From assembly GCF_009914755.1 (NCBI RefSeq), contig NC_060929.1: a DNA stretch of 64,000 nt, one strand, 5' to 3'. Of this stretch, positions 29,451 to 42,800 are shown piece after piece. The position numbers and the translations under genes are program-made. The notes beneath the pieces were generated by a model. The model made no database searches. It was not told the DNA's origin and saw only the letters and a list, made by a program, of their open reading frames with translations. Within the stretch, counting starts at the first letter, position 1. Every line of letters begins with the position of its first letter. The stretch comes from the human T2T-CHM13v2.0 reference genome, Homo sapiens.

Positions 29451-30011
29451 TATATTAGTTATCTATTACTACATAACAAATTACCCTAACATTTAGTGGC
29501 TTAAAACACAATACTTTCTTCATGTCTTATCTCTCATGGTTTCTGTGGATCAGAAATATGTATAGGTCATAGTAAAGATGGCTTGTTTCTTTCAGAACAT
29601 TTTTGGCTTCAGCTGGAAAAGTTGGAATAATCTGAAAACATATCACTTACATATCTGATAGTTGATGATGGCTGTCAGCTAAGACCTTAGCTGGAACTGT
29701 TGCCTAGAATTCATTAATGTTTTTTCCATGTGGTGTGGTCATCCTCACAACATGATAGCTTGGCTACAAAGGCCAGCATTGAGAGAGAAAGAAAGAGAAC
29801 CACATCACATTTATAATCTAGCCACAAAACTTATGGAGGGTTACTTCTATCAAATTCTACTTAAGCCAGTTACAAAGATTCCCACAAGTTCAAGAGGAAA
29901 GAACATGAACCCCATCCCTTGATGAAAATGTGTTACTACTGTCACATTAAAAAATATGTGGGATAAAATACGTATAGGTGCACCCATCTTGGTTCAATGT
30001 AATCTACCACA
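29451..30011 (-). mobile_element. MaLR LTR (MLT1G/H-like)
   Basis: TATTAGTTATCTATTACTACATAACAAATTACCCTAACATTTAGTGGCTTAAAACA...TAATCTACCACA. Confidence 0.85.
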
Positions 30012-31827
30012 TAAGAGAAATAAAGAGAATGATAAGAAATGAAGAGAACATCATTGTGCTTTAGCCTGGGGTACCAATCCAAACTCTCCTCCTACCAGTT
30101 CTCAATCAAATTAGAAAGATATACAGAAGTCAGCTTGATCAAGCATAAAGCTGCATTGGAAAATACAGGTCAAAACCTAAATCAAAATGGTTTTTCCATT
30201 GAGATAAATTTACCAACCAATTCATAGAGCTAAAAAAACTTAGCCCAGTGAGTTTTTCCTCACTCACAGCAATAAGGGCAGAGTATGTGGGAAGAAAAAA
30301 ATATGAAAAAGAAAAAATAAATGTACATCTCTAGCCAAGGTACATTTTCTTTATTCTCTGGAATCATCTTCAATTGAGTACACTTGCAATACTGCCAGAT
30401 ACAAAACGGAATCGAGGGCAGGCAGAGTCTTAACAGGTGTTGGTACAAACGTAGAGCTTCAAAGGGGCTTGCTTTTGGCTGCCAAGAGGATCGATGCAGA
30501 TGTACGCTTTGGCTTCTTTAGACTGAAATGGCCTAAATTCTCTTTCTCGAGAAAAGTTTGTGAATTTATTCCATGTTAAAACCTACTGTTATTTGACCAG
30601 CAAGGAAAGCATTTCTCCCTTAGAAATGGCCTCTTGTCATGAAATATTCAAACAAAAGACAGGCAAGGTTTTGATTTTTAAGAATTCTATAAAGCACACT
30701 TTGTGCTGTGTTTTGGGGTTTTTTTTGTGTGTGTGTTGTAGTCGTTGCCTTCAAAAGTTAGACTTTCTAATTCATGTCTCTCTTTCTCCTGTCTCACTAC
30801 TCTGAGTGGCTTTGTGAAGCTCAGGCTTGAGGCTTTCATTCTTGATAGGACTGTGTCTTTTCCAGTAACATAGGTAAATCACCTGCAGCTGTGAACACTC
30901 TTCACAGAGGGTTAAATTTATTCCACGTTGTAGAGTACAATCTCATCTCTGTAAATAATTTTATTATGTTCCTTTATAAACATTTTGGTAGAAGAAAATT
31001 CTTGGTTTAACTCAATAACATATACTTTCCCTGCCCCACGAATTAGATTGATTATGGTGGCATGTGAGATTGATAATACATAGATTTGTGTTATGACAGC
31101 CATTGTTTTAGTGCCAAGCTGAAGAGGAATGCTTCCTTAAATGTATCATTGTATAAAATATTGACCTAGAGAACTTCATTATTCAAGCTGGAGAGACAGT
31201 CACTACTTAACAGTAATAAACTGTTTCTGTGTTACATTGAGAATACTTCAGGAAATATGAGAGTTGTCAAATCTCTTGAAAATCCTGTCTTTATAGTACA
31301 CATGACACTAAAGCTATAGCTGTATTTTCTGCTAATAAAAGCAAAGGCACAGACAGATGTGAAGGATATCACAGCACACTGACAAGAAACTAAGAAAAAT
31401 GAATACCTGGTTGAGGAGTCAGAAAGACACAGGCCAATGACCTTGGGAAGCTTTACTCTTTTGAGATATTTTTGTTCTTATAAGGAGAGCAACATAATGC
31501 TGCTTTAGTGTAAAAAATACAATAAACCTGAGGCTCTAAACTGAACACATTTTATGAAAAATATCCTGAAGTGTCTCTTAACAAAAAAATCACGTGAGAT
31601 AACATAAAAATAAAAGATGCTGTATGCCAGCCAGAATGTTTTTCAAAAGACAATTTAGGAGGTTCCAAAAATGATATACAGAAGTGCAAATTTTTTTTTT
31701 AAATGACAGTTTGAACCAAGTTGACAGTTCTTCCATTTATTAAAGAAAAATCTTTCAATTAACCTTAATGGTCTCCTCCTCCCTATTGTAGCTAATGAAG
31801 ATATTCCTCTAATTTTAAGAAAACTAG

Positions 31828-31833
31828 TATATA

Positions 31834-31929
<96 letters not shown>
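31828..31929. repeat. (TA)n microsatellite with periodic GTGTG interruptions (~24 bp higher-order unit)
   Basis: Seen directly. Confidence 0.95.
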
Positions 31930-31932
<3 letters not shown>

Positions 31933-34039
31933 TTTGCATACCTCTTTCAAATTGGTGTCATAGTAACTTATTTGTCTAGTATCTAAACTACCAAAATTAA
32001 AGAACATCTGAAAATTAGCATATAAGAAAAATGCTAATTAGTTCAGTATAACTACTCATCCTGAAGTACCTTGTTAATAATTAAAGAATATTAATTTATT
32101 TTGTTTTATTTTGTTCTAAGTTATGAAGTTTAGATGCCTGTGGGAATGCTCAGTTATTCAGGACATCAAATTCAACAGAATACCAACAGATAATTCTATT
32201 TTTAAATTTTTTTCAGAAACTATAGCTACTGGTTACATTTAGGATAAAATTTTATTTAAAAAGAGTAATACCTTTAAGTAGCAGTGTAAATTATAAATTT
32301 ATTTTAAAATGACTATGGAAAACTAACAATGATATTTCAATTTTCAGGTGCTGTTTTATTTTCTGAAGTTTAGATATACTTAGACAAATTTTTATTTTCC
32401 ATTATGTAGTATAATTATTTTACTTTATTATCATTAACATTTTAGAATATAAAAAGGCATAGTTTCACTAGATCACCTGCATTGTCTTCAAAAGCTCTTA
32501 AGAAAAAAATGTGATCATATAAGGAAATTCAGACATAAATACATATTTGTATAGAGAGAAGGAAGGGAAGAGGTAGGGAGAAGGACACATTTTAAAAGGG
32601 AGAAATAAGTGACATCATATTCTAATGGAGACCAGCAAAGGTAAGATATCAAAACTTGGTTTGGGCTGTTTTTTAACTTTAATATGTTAACTAATTAATA
32701 CATGATATATATGTACCCTATGTCTTTAGAATTCATTGTAAATTAACCAATAAGAAATGAGGAGCTCCTGTTTGGGGCTCTTGCATAGCTGTAGAATGAT
32801 CCGTTTTAAAGACCTGACTCAGTAGTTCTGAGGGCTCCTGAGAAACCTTTGCTCATGGCCTCCTCAGTGGTGAGAATAGGCAGGGTGGTCTCTTTTTCCT
32901 CACACTTTCCCCCTTGAAAGTTGATTAAGTATTTGTATGTCAAAAGAGTTTTATAGATTTTATGCCAATGAAATAAAAAACCACTGAAGTGAAAACAAAA
33001 TGATCAATTGAAGTATATGCTATTAATAGTTTTTTCAATGCCTCCTAGATGCAAGTAATTAAGAAAAGTATCTACAAATAATAGAAAACATGAAAGCAAG
33101 ACTTTCTGGGATAAACAGCCATGTGGTTAGCTATTGATGAGTTATCAAGAGATGATCTGCTTACAGGGCATAAGAATCTAATGCTCATCAGTGAAGAAGA
33201 TGATTGACTTAAATGATCTTTTGTCTTGGTGTAATTTGACCTTCTTATATAAAGCATGCATTATAGGTCCATATCTTTCCGTTTTTTGTGTTATCACACT
33301 ATCAGTTATATATAAATAATCAAATATTTTTGCTATCAAATAAGACACTAATGTAATTATAAATGAAGTCAATTTGGTGAAGTAAATGGAAGACTTTATG
33401 TTGTATTGAATAATGTTCATTTATAGTTGAGATGTGGTAAACTCCTAACATGGAAATTATACTTGAATTCTGGTTGCTCCAACAAAGCCAAACATATCTA
33501 TATAGTGAATACTGTGTTCTATTAGAATGGATTCCAAACCATACTTCATTTTTAAGCCACTATTCTGGTTTTTAATCTTATGATAAATAGAATGCTGTTT
33601 AGTCACCAGAGTTGCTGATATTGAGTTCCAGGCAGTTGTGAGGTATCCAATGGCAGTGAAATAAGCAACCTGTGCATTACTGGGAGGTTCAAGATGAGAT
33701 GCCAGCAAATCATAAAACTGGAAGTTTCCCCATTCGTCTTCTAGCCAGAAAACAAGCTTTCATCAACTACCTTTCTACTGAGTTACTTGATTTAAAATAA
33801 AACAAAATCAGCCTTGGTTCTGGAATTTTTTTTAGCAATAGAAGTATTGCATCTTGAAATGGCTGCTGGCTGTAAGTCTTAAAATGCATTGCAGATGATG
33901 GAGTAAAAATAAAGCACATTAACAGATATTTTCTCTGTATTCATACAGGCTAATTCTAGTGCTCCTGTCTCAGATTTTGTATTGTTTGCTTTTTGGTTTT
34001 GTAGTTGTCATTTTTTTTTTAAGGTTATCAGTCAAATAA

Positions 34040-34258
<219 letters not shown>

Positions 34259-34428
34259 TAAGTATTTTTAGAAGTCTACCTTATGAAGGTATGTAATTGG
34301 ATACTTACTAATTTCCAATCCATTCCTGCACTTCCTTGGCACATGCAAACATTAAAAACCATTCCAGAAAGAGACCTTTGTTAAAGGTAACAAAGACAGG
34401 ACTTTTTTTTATTTTTCTCTACCCATAG

Positions 34429-34541
34429 GATCCAGAGCCCTATTCTCTCCTCTAGCAACAAAACCTCAGGCCTTGAAGGATGTCCGCCTATTCTGAGAAC
34501 CAAGCATACGATGAAACAAAATCACTGTGACTGAGCGTGAG
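34429..34541 (+). other. Candidate 113-nt internal exon (stop codon in all three frames)
   Basis: Acceptor TTTTTTTTATTTTTCTCTACCCATAG|G and donor GAG|GTGAGA; unique sequence with 3 CpGs. Confidence 0.3.
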
Positions 34542-36659
34542 GTGAGAGGAAAACTAGGGAGTGAACAGAGGTAAAGGGATGGATTACTCTTGAGAGAAGT
34601 GAGACAGAGGGAGCGAGGGAGAGCAGAGAGAGTCCATGGAATGCAATTGAGACACTACCCCTAGATCTTTACTTAATGTGACTTTATAGCTTGAAAGTCA
34701 TGATACAAACCCATAATTACACATTGTTTTATGTATTCGTTTGGTTTTCACACACAGGATTGATATTTTATTAACATCTTTTGGTTATAGACTATACTTT
34801 CCAACATTTAGCACGAGGTGCTGAGATTAGATAAATACAATTTTGTTTGGATGAGGGAAGAAATGAAGTAGTTTAGAATGTAAAGTTATGAAGTAAGGGT
34901 TGTCGGGAAGAGGTGAAAATGCAGTAACTCCCTTCTTTTCTTCTTATATCTTTCACTGGATTTCCTTTTCCACATGAAGTTGAAACTAACAAAGACGTAT
35001 GCAACCTATTAACCTGTTAAGATGAGCTGCATGAGATAGTGTTCTTAAATCAGAACTGTGGAGTATAGCATCTGGTACTTCAGAGCCTTGAAAGACTGAA
35101 ATTGTTACCATTAATACAGGCAAATGTGCAACTCATATAAACAAGTATTCTCAGATTGGTGTGTAAATGAAAATGCCAATTTACTGATTTGTATTGGTAA
35201 TCAGCCTGCTGTAGTGATAAAACATTGGTGTCCGGTGGTCAGGGGATCCTGTTCCAAGAATTGAGGCAATTGAAAAACTTAATAGTGAAAAACCTACTCA
35301 GTGTATATGGCACTAGGAGAATATCTATTTTTATTCCAGCTGGCAGCCTAAAGTAGGATTTCCAAACCAGAGTACTTTGAGAGTATGTATCAGTATGTGG
35401 CAAAACCATGAGATAAACATGGTGCATTGCCTTAGAGTGCCAATTTCACTACCAGATTATATTTATTTTTATCAGGAATTGTTAAGACATTTAAACATAT
35501 TTATATATAAACAAACACAATTATGTTATAGAATATGCAGAGGAATGCAAAATGCAAGTAGGCATTTTTAGATAAAACACACACACAAATTCTTTTGTAG
35601 GAAGCTTCAAGCCAGACAAAGAGGTGCAGTGCAGGCAGGATTGTGCAAAAAGAGCTATTTCCTCTCTTTTTAGTAAATGCTGGAGGAAAGTTTGTAAAGG
35701 ATCTGCTGGGTGAATTGATACCCTACTCCACAGAGAGGTAGGAGATACGTCTCCATAGTGAGGGAGAAACACTGACATATCCTTTCCCCTCAACACATCT
35801 CTGGGCAGACTCCTTGCTGACCATTGTCCACTTGAACTCATCTTTACAGCCTCATTCATTCTTTTTCAATACACTTTCATAACTTTTCTAAATTTATAGC
35901 TTATCTTACATTGATTACATTTTAGGTTGACTGCTTCCTGATGATATATAAAGGGCACCTTAATCTCATGAATTACCTGTTTCTAAATCACAATGCAGGC
36001 TGAGTTACTTTATGAAAGGTTTTCTGGCTCCATCTCTATTATGTGGATTTTGATCAACAATGATTACCTGGATTGGACCATTTTGCCCTGAGTGTTTCTA
36101 TATTTTCCTCACCCTTGTCTTAACTGTGTTTCATCCTAGGTTTTTTAGATAACATTTCTTTTCAGTTTTTATTCTTTCTTTATATTCAATGATATACTTT
36201 TTGCATAATACTTACCTTTAAAAGTTCAAACAAGACCTTCTAAAGAAAAACTAGACATGTTAATCTACATAGGTAACTGTTTAAATTAAAAAATATTATT
36301 TTTCAATCTTTGTGAAATCAAGCATTATATGATCAAAATTTACCAAATCATAGCCTAGAGGCCAACAGCTGCATGAGTTCAATGAATATTATTCTTTGCT
36401 GTCTTTGTTTTATTTTTTTCCTTAGACTTTTTTATGGCTTAAATTATGACTGAAGTAATTGTATAAAGGCAAGTAAGGTCAGTGAGAAAGGATGGTTGGG
36501 AAAGAAATCACATGGTCAGTTGTGTGTCTCTACAAAAAATAATATTCTAGCTCCTATGTCCGCTCCTACCTCTTCCACCGTTTACATTTTATTTATTTAC
36601 TCTATGTTTATGTCACTTGCCTCTTCTAAAACCAAATTAGGTATTTGTTTCTGTTTATT

Positions 36660-36760
36660 TTCAATATTCTTATTAAAATTTAAGTTACAAGAGAATAAGG
36701 ACTTTCTCTGTCTTGTTCACTCTGTTGTTATCACCTAGAATAGTACTTGATGACTCTCAG
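36660..36760 (+). mobile_element. L2 3' end
   Basis: TAAGTTACAAGAGAATAAGGACTTTCTCTGTCTTGTTCACT...CACCTAGAATAGTACTTG. Confidence 0.7.
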
Positions 36761-36784
36761 TGTATATACATATACATATATATA

Positions 36785-37008
36785 TATTTAACTTCAGCAC
36801 TGTTGAAATTTTGAGCTGGATAAATCTTTTTTTGGGTGAGGGGGCTATCCTATGTGTTGTAGGATGTTTAGCAGCATCCATGGCCTCTGCCTTTTCATGT
36901 CAGTAGCATCCCTTCTCCAGGTTGTGATAAGCAAAAATTTATCCATACATTACCAAATATTACCAGGAGGAAAGGATGTGGCAAAATCACCCCGATTAAG
37001 AATTGTTG
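36785..37008 (-). mobile_element. MER20 (hAT-Charlie)
   Basis: TGTAGGATGTTTAGCAGCATCCATGGCCTCT...CAGTAGCA...GGCAAAATCACCCC matches the reverse MER20 consensus. Confidence 0.88.
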
Positions 37009-38559
37009 GCTTGACAAAATCAGAAGTCACATGGATCTAATCCTATTCTCCTTCCCTTGTAAAGACAAATGAAAATCAGGACCAAAGGACTTCATTTAAA
37101 TGACAAAGTGAAATTTATTGACAGACAATCTACTTTTCCTGAAGATAGAGGTGACGTAGGTCAGGAATGTCACCAAGGCAATCCAAACCACATATGCAGA
37201 TTGAAGATTAAGTTGGATAGAATGATTTTGAATGTTAGAATTCCTGGAGTGCCACAGCTCTTCATTTGTCACAGAGGTGGTGCTACAGCAGGATTAGCTG
37301 TGACTATTTTAGCTTCATTTGTTTTCTTTTTAGTTGAACCATTGCAAATAGCTCAAGATTAGGCCACACAGATATCACTTGTATTTTGCCTCAGGATTTT
37401 CATATTTGTTTAATCTAAGGGCAGATAAATCTACTCAGGAACTTACCTACCTGTATTAATTATAGTTGCTATATTAGTAAATAGTTGATTTAAACATTTT
37501 TTTCTAGAATAATATACTTCCCCCTTATTTTCTTCATCGTTTTCCTTAACTCTTAGTGAGAAATTTATCATTCACTTATGTTCCATTAATTTCTATAACT
37601 CACCAGGCAGAGATAAGACTGTAGATATTTGTAAGTTACCCAGGGATCAAAAACTTTAGCTCTTCTCTTGAAATTCATCACAGGAAAACATTAAGTTTGG
37701 GCAACACTCAACATTGTAAAACTAAAAAAGTAGAATTAATTTGCTATTCTTTAGTCTTATGGAAACACAATTACTGCTATCATGTATATATTTAGTGAGT
37801 AATTTGAAGATATTGTTAAAATATAATCAAAAATGAGATCACAATTTTATTCTTAAAACTTTGTTTTCAAATTATGATAATTTCTATGCATTATTTAAGG
37901 TTTATAATATGTGTAATAAAATAAATTAATAGGAATGATGCACGGGGTGGTCATTTTACGTTTTATATTCTTTAATGAGACTACAGCATATGATATTTGT
38001 TTATTTCTAATATTTTTTTGTGAGTCCCTTGACAAGGCAGTTTATTACAATTAAATGTCTCTGACTAAACCGATTTGACACGTTTCCTTGCTTTAAGGCT
38101 CTAACTCCCTCACTCTTTTTCTGCTGGCTCTCATACTTGTATGTTGCCATTTGTTGTGTCAATTTAAAACCAAACCCTTTGGCTTTTTTTAAAAAAGTGT
38201 TTTCCAGAATTTGTTCACAGTGGTAACAATTTAAACATTTCTGTGGTTCTGTAGGTTTACTCTGAACTTTTTGAAATGCCTTTTCATAATTTTCCACCAT
38301 ATTGAAATTTTAAGTCATAAGTATTTTGTGGGCTAATTATAGTTTTATTTCATATCCTTATCCGTTCCATAATATTTAGTCAACCAGTAATATGATGATG
38401 ATTTCAATATTTTGAGATAATTAAAATGTTTGTATTTTAATGATAATGAGTACTAAGAATAAGCCGATAGTTTAAAGTATTTTTGAAATTTTGTTATAAC
38501 CATCAGCAAAGTTTTCATTTAGATATTCAGGTCTGAACAAGATATCTGAGTATAACCTA

Positions 38560-39030
38560 GTCTTTTTCTTGACAGGCTATCAAAATTATCAAATAAGTAG
38601 ATCACAGCAAAGCAATCCTCAGGACCTATGTGAAATTCAGCAAGATGTATCATATTAAATTCATGATAGCCTTGCGAACAAGAGGAAAAAATATGACTGT
38701 GAACCAAGGGCAATTAGGTGAAGAAGTCACTGGCTGTACATGAAAACCAAAGGATACTAATGAATGGATATGTATCAAGTTAGAATGTAATTGTCTCAGC
38801 TCTGTCCTTGGCTCTAAAGTAGGAGTTGTATGAAAACATTGAGGACGTGTTCATTAAATTAGTGTATGACACAAAGCTGGATCAAGTAGTATACACATTA
38901 AATAACAAGATCCATTTTGAAAAGAGTTGCATTGATTAGAACAGTGGAGCAATTTAATAGAATAAAAATCAACATGTCATACATTAGTTCTTAAAAACAA
39001 TAAAATAGGTAAGGATAAAGTTGTATGGAC
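38560..39030 (+). mobile_element. L3/CR1 LINE, reverse-transcriptase fossil
   Basis: Translation from 38597 gives VDHSKAILRTYVKFSK (cf. CR1 VDxGKAVDxxYLDFSK); from 38850 FIKLVYDTKLD (cf. LIKFADDTKLG). Confidence 0.75.
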
Positions 39031-39289
39031 TAACAAAAGTGACTAGTCAAAATCAATTCATTATAAATTATTATATTTTTTATTAACAGTAGTACATTTT
39101 TACAAAAGAAAATTTACCAAATGTTAAAAAGAAACCAATAAAAATGACTCAAACTTTTTCATGCATTTTATTTTCTGGCTTTACATACAAATTTATATTT
39201 TCCTCCGTCATCCGTTAACATTTTCATTTTTATGTGTGTAATGCATTTTCTCAGTTGTTTAAAATTTTATGTAAATTATATGATTATTA

Positions 39290-40075
39290 TAGTATAGTAT
39301 TATATGATTATATATCAAATCATATATGACATATAATCATACATATGATTATATATCAATCATATATGATTATATATGATTATGATTATATATGATATAT
39401 ATGATTATATATCATATATGATTATAATCATATATATGATTATATATCATATATGATTGATAATCATATATGATTATATATCATATATATGATATATATC
39501 ATAATCATATATATGATTATATAATCATATATGATTGATAATCATATATATGATTGATATATCAATCATATATATGATTATATATCTCATATATGATTGA
39601 TATATCAATCATATATATGATTATATATCATATATATGATTGATATATAATCATATATATGATATATAATCATATATATGGTTATATATCAATCATATAT
39701 ATGGTTATATATCAATCATATATATGATTATATATCAATCATATATATGATTATATATAATCATATATATCATATATAATCATATATATGATATATCAAA
39801 TCATATATGATTTCATATATTTGATTACTATATATTATAATTATATTTATAAATATAATTATAATATAATGAATATTAAATAATCATATATTTCATTATA
39901 TATTGTAACAATTATATGATATATGTCATATATGATATTATAGTATATATAATCATATAATTATTATAATATAAATTATATATACATATAGTTCCCCTGA
40001 GGAATTAAATTATAATATAATTTTTATAATATTTTATATATATGTCTGTGTGTGTATATAGATATATATATATAG
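39290..40075. repeat. AT-rich degenerate, self-complementary minisatellite
   Basis: Units of about 21-23 bp such as ATATGATTATATATCAATCATAT; core 39300-39830. Confidence 0.92.
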
Positions 40076-40099
40076 TTCTCCAGAGGAATACTGTGTGTG

Positions 40100-41400
40100 A
40101 TACTGAACAATACTAAACTCTGAATGTTTATGTATGCTTACAGGAGAATTTCATCAGTAGAATTATTGAATATTAGCTTCCATAATAAGGGATAATAATT
40201 GTTTTTTTAACAACAGAGAAGTACCATTAGAAAAGATATAATGTTCTCTGAATTTCTATAAGTACATTAGAATAGTCAGTAAGATGTGGTTTGCTGAACT
40301 AATGGTAATTTTTAATATTTTTATGGTACTTGAGTATTGTTTAATTGATAAAATATTTTATTCTTAATATTACTTTTATAATATAACTTATGAAGCATCA
40401 GGTTCTCAATTTTAACTTCTGTATTCTGGGAAAATTACATCATCTGTCAACATTTTTTTCATGTATGTTACATTTTTCTGGTTGTTGGTATTTCTGTGAA
40501 CAACACACATGGAATAAAATTTTGATGGAGTAAAATTCTTAGTTCCCAATCTTTATGAAAATCATTTCAAAATTCATTGTAGACATTAAGAAGTCAATTC
40601 TTAATTGACTTCTGGAATTTGATACTGCAAGAGACAAATCTAATACCGGACAGATTTTATTCACATGCTTGAAACTTAGGACTACTATTGTTTCCTGAAT
40701 GTGCGATAGATTCTCCTTTATTTTTGTACTTCAAGCTAGATTACCAGTAGGATTCATAGAATGAAGTATTCTTCATTAATTTTGGCTATCATTCAGAAAT
40801 TCCATTAAATATATATAGTTGCAGTTCAGGAATATTATCTTCTATAATATTTAAATTCTTTTCAGAAGGGGAATAATTTTTAAATTGTATTTCTATTATT
40901 GATCCTCCAGATCTGACCTATTTCTTGGTTATTGTTTAGTCATTATTGCTTTTCCTTTGCATTCTGAGAAGATGGATAGTTTTCATATGCAGTACTGATT
41001 TAATTCTTTGCAGAGTCATTTGTAAATCTTGGTTGTGTTTTAAAATTTTTATTTTTTAAAATTCTTTTATATTTTATCTCTCTCTTTTAAAAATAATATC
41101 CTATTGCATTTTCTTCTTAATCTTATATCTCCTAATGGATTTTTGCTTCCATTTCAAAGTGGTCATGCTTTCCTCATCCTACTGACAATGCAAAATAATT
41201 TTCTAAATTTTCTTTCAGTTCCTATAAGTCTTCAAAAATTTATCTTTCATGGAGTCTTCTTTTTTCCTTTTTCTGAAAGTTGTGTTTTTCTTAATGTGGG
41301 CTGCATAACCACTTTTTCATCTGTATTCACCCTCAAATAAGCACAGGGTAATATAATAATTTTTTCTTGGGCCTTTTCTCTGTCAGTTTGATTAGAAGTT
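40100..41400 (-). mobile_element. Very old L1M/HAL1-like fragments
   Basis: T-rich; GTAAAATTCTTAGTTCCCAATC...GCAAGAGACAAATCTAATACCGGACAGATTTT resembles the reverse HAL1/L1M ORF1 region. Confidence 0.5.
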
Positions 41401-42019
41401 TCGTGTTCAATTCCAGCTTCTAACAGGCTTTCATCAGGTAATGTTTTGCTAGGCAATTTCTCCCTGCCAATGGGAAACACTGGTAATAAAATGGCTACAA
41501 TCCCAAGTCTGACTACTGTGCACAGTGCTTATCTATCTTTACCTGAGTGGGTAACACTTCTTATGATACCACCAGTACAAGTATCCATATTGGATCTAAT
41601 AATATTCATGTGTCCCAATCTTCAAACTTATATAGAAATAGAGATACCTCTACTAAAGGGACATTGTAGAATTTAGACTATGAGTAACAGTCAGCAGTTT
41701 TTTTTTCAAAAAAACATTGCGAGAATATGATAGAGACATTGTATTCTGGTTGAGAATTATTTTGTACTTCTAAACCAAAGGATGTTGAGGCAGGGAGAAA
41801 GGATATTTCTATTTCTGTTCAGTTGGTCCAAACATATATGAATTATATTTTGTTCATAATTAATGGAAATCTTTGTGAACATCTGAAATTCTGGTAGATT
41901 GGACATCAGCTCTGTTTTTAGTTCTTGTTTCCAGTCATGTGTTTCACAAAGTTTGCTGGGTCATAATAGATATTTTGGAAGATGTGTGAGACTTCATCAG
42001 AGGGTGGACAAATGACACA

Positions 42020-42315
42020 TCAAATAAAAGGTTTACTTGAAGTCTTCAAAACAGTATTCAGCAAGAAATGTGATAATGGTATAAATAACAACCCAAGCAA
42101 CAAATATAAATTTGTGGATGTTAATATAATTTTTATATTTCACATAAAGAGAGTGATATAATTTTGTTTTACTTTGCACTGGTATGATCTGTCAATACAT
42201 GAAGATTTGTGTCCAATGCTCAGCACACTCATTAGAAGGATAAACTAGAATGAAATCAGAAAAATGAAGATAATATAATGAAATACTTTGATAATAAAAA
42301 TAGGTGTCATATTGA
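42020..42315 (+). mobile_element. L3/CR1 ORF2 C-terminal fragment
   Basis: Degenerate peptides YFALV*, ICVQCSA, DKLE*NQ (cf. CR1 LYSALVRPHLEYCVQFWAP...DKLERVQ). Confidence 0.7.
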
Positions 42316-42319
42316 GTAT

Positions 42320-42535
42320 AAACTTGTAATGCATACTCTATCAAGTTTATCCATTCCTCCCTACAGTCCTATAAAGAAGGTATTATTATCTCCATTTAAA
42401 GAGAAGAAAAGTAAGGTCTCTAAGGGGTAAATGCTATTATTTTCCCATTTCACTCATTGGTAACTTGCTCAATGATGCTTAGCGAGACAGACAGCAGAAG
42501 AACCAGTGTTTGAGTCCAGAGAGGGATTTCAGAAA
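42320..42535 (-). mobile_element. MIR inserted in L3
   Basis: AGGTATTATTATCTCCATTTAAAGAGAAGAAAAGTAAGG, reverse MIR core. Confidence 0.7.
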
Positions 42536-42559
42536 TCCTAGTGTAACAATCACACTTTC

Positions 42560-42800
42560 ATTAGTGGAGGATTGAGGAATGTATATAATTAAAGGAATAA
42601 TTTCTAATAAAATTGTTCAAAGAGATAAAGAGTTAATATGAATGAAATAAATGCATCATCACAACTAATTTCTGGATAAATATGCTCTGGATAGCCACTG
42701 AGAAAGGATGGTACAAAAGGGATTTAAGCTTTGATGGTAGATTGGATAATTTTGGCTTGAAACTTCCTTCTAGTCCTGAGATGCTGAGATTTTTATGACT
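42560..42800 (+). mobile_element. L3/CR1 3' end
   Basis: GGTAGATTGGAT...CCTTCTAGTCCTGAGATGCTGAGATT resembles the L3/MIR3 terminus (CCTTCCAACTCTGAGATTCTATGATT). Confidence 0.65.

Noticed and set aside
30602-30662. KES...CHEIF resemblance to my recollection of an FGF13 alternative exon peptide
   Set aside because: Only a 5-residue match with no flanking similarity, recalled rather than searched; insufficient to name a gene.
31655-32007. YI-repeat proteins (similar ORFs at 49182-49561)
   Set aside because: Translations of (TA)n and (TATG)n microsatellites.
37069-37362. 97-aa ORF with a hydrophobic tail, overlapping TGACGTAG/AGGTCA motifs
   Set aside because: No recognisable homology or gene structure; the motifs are too short to support a call alone.
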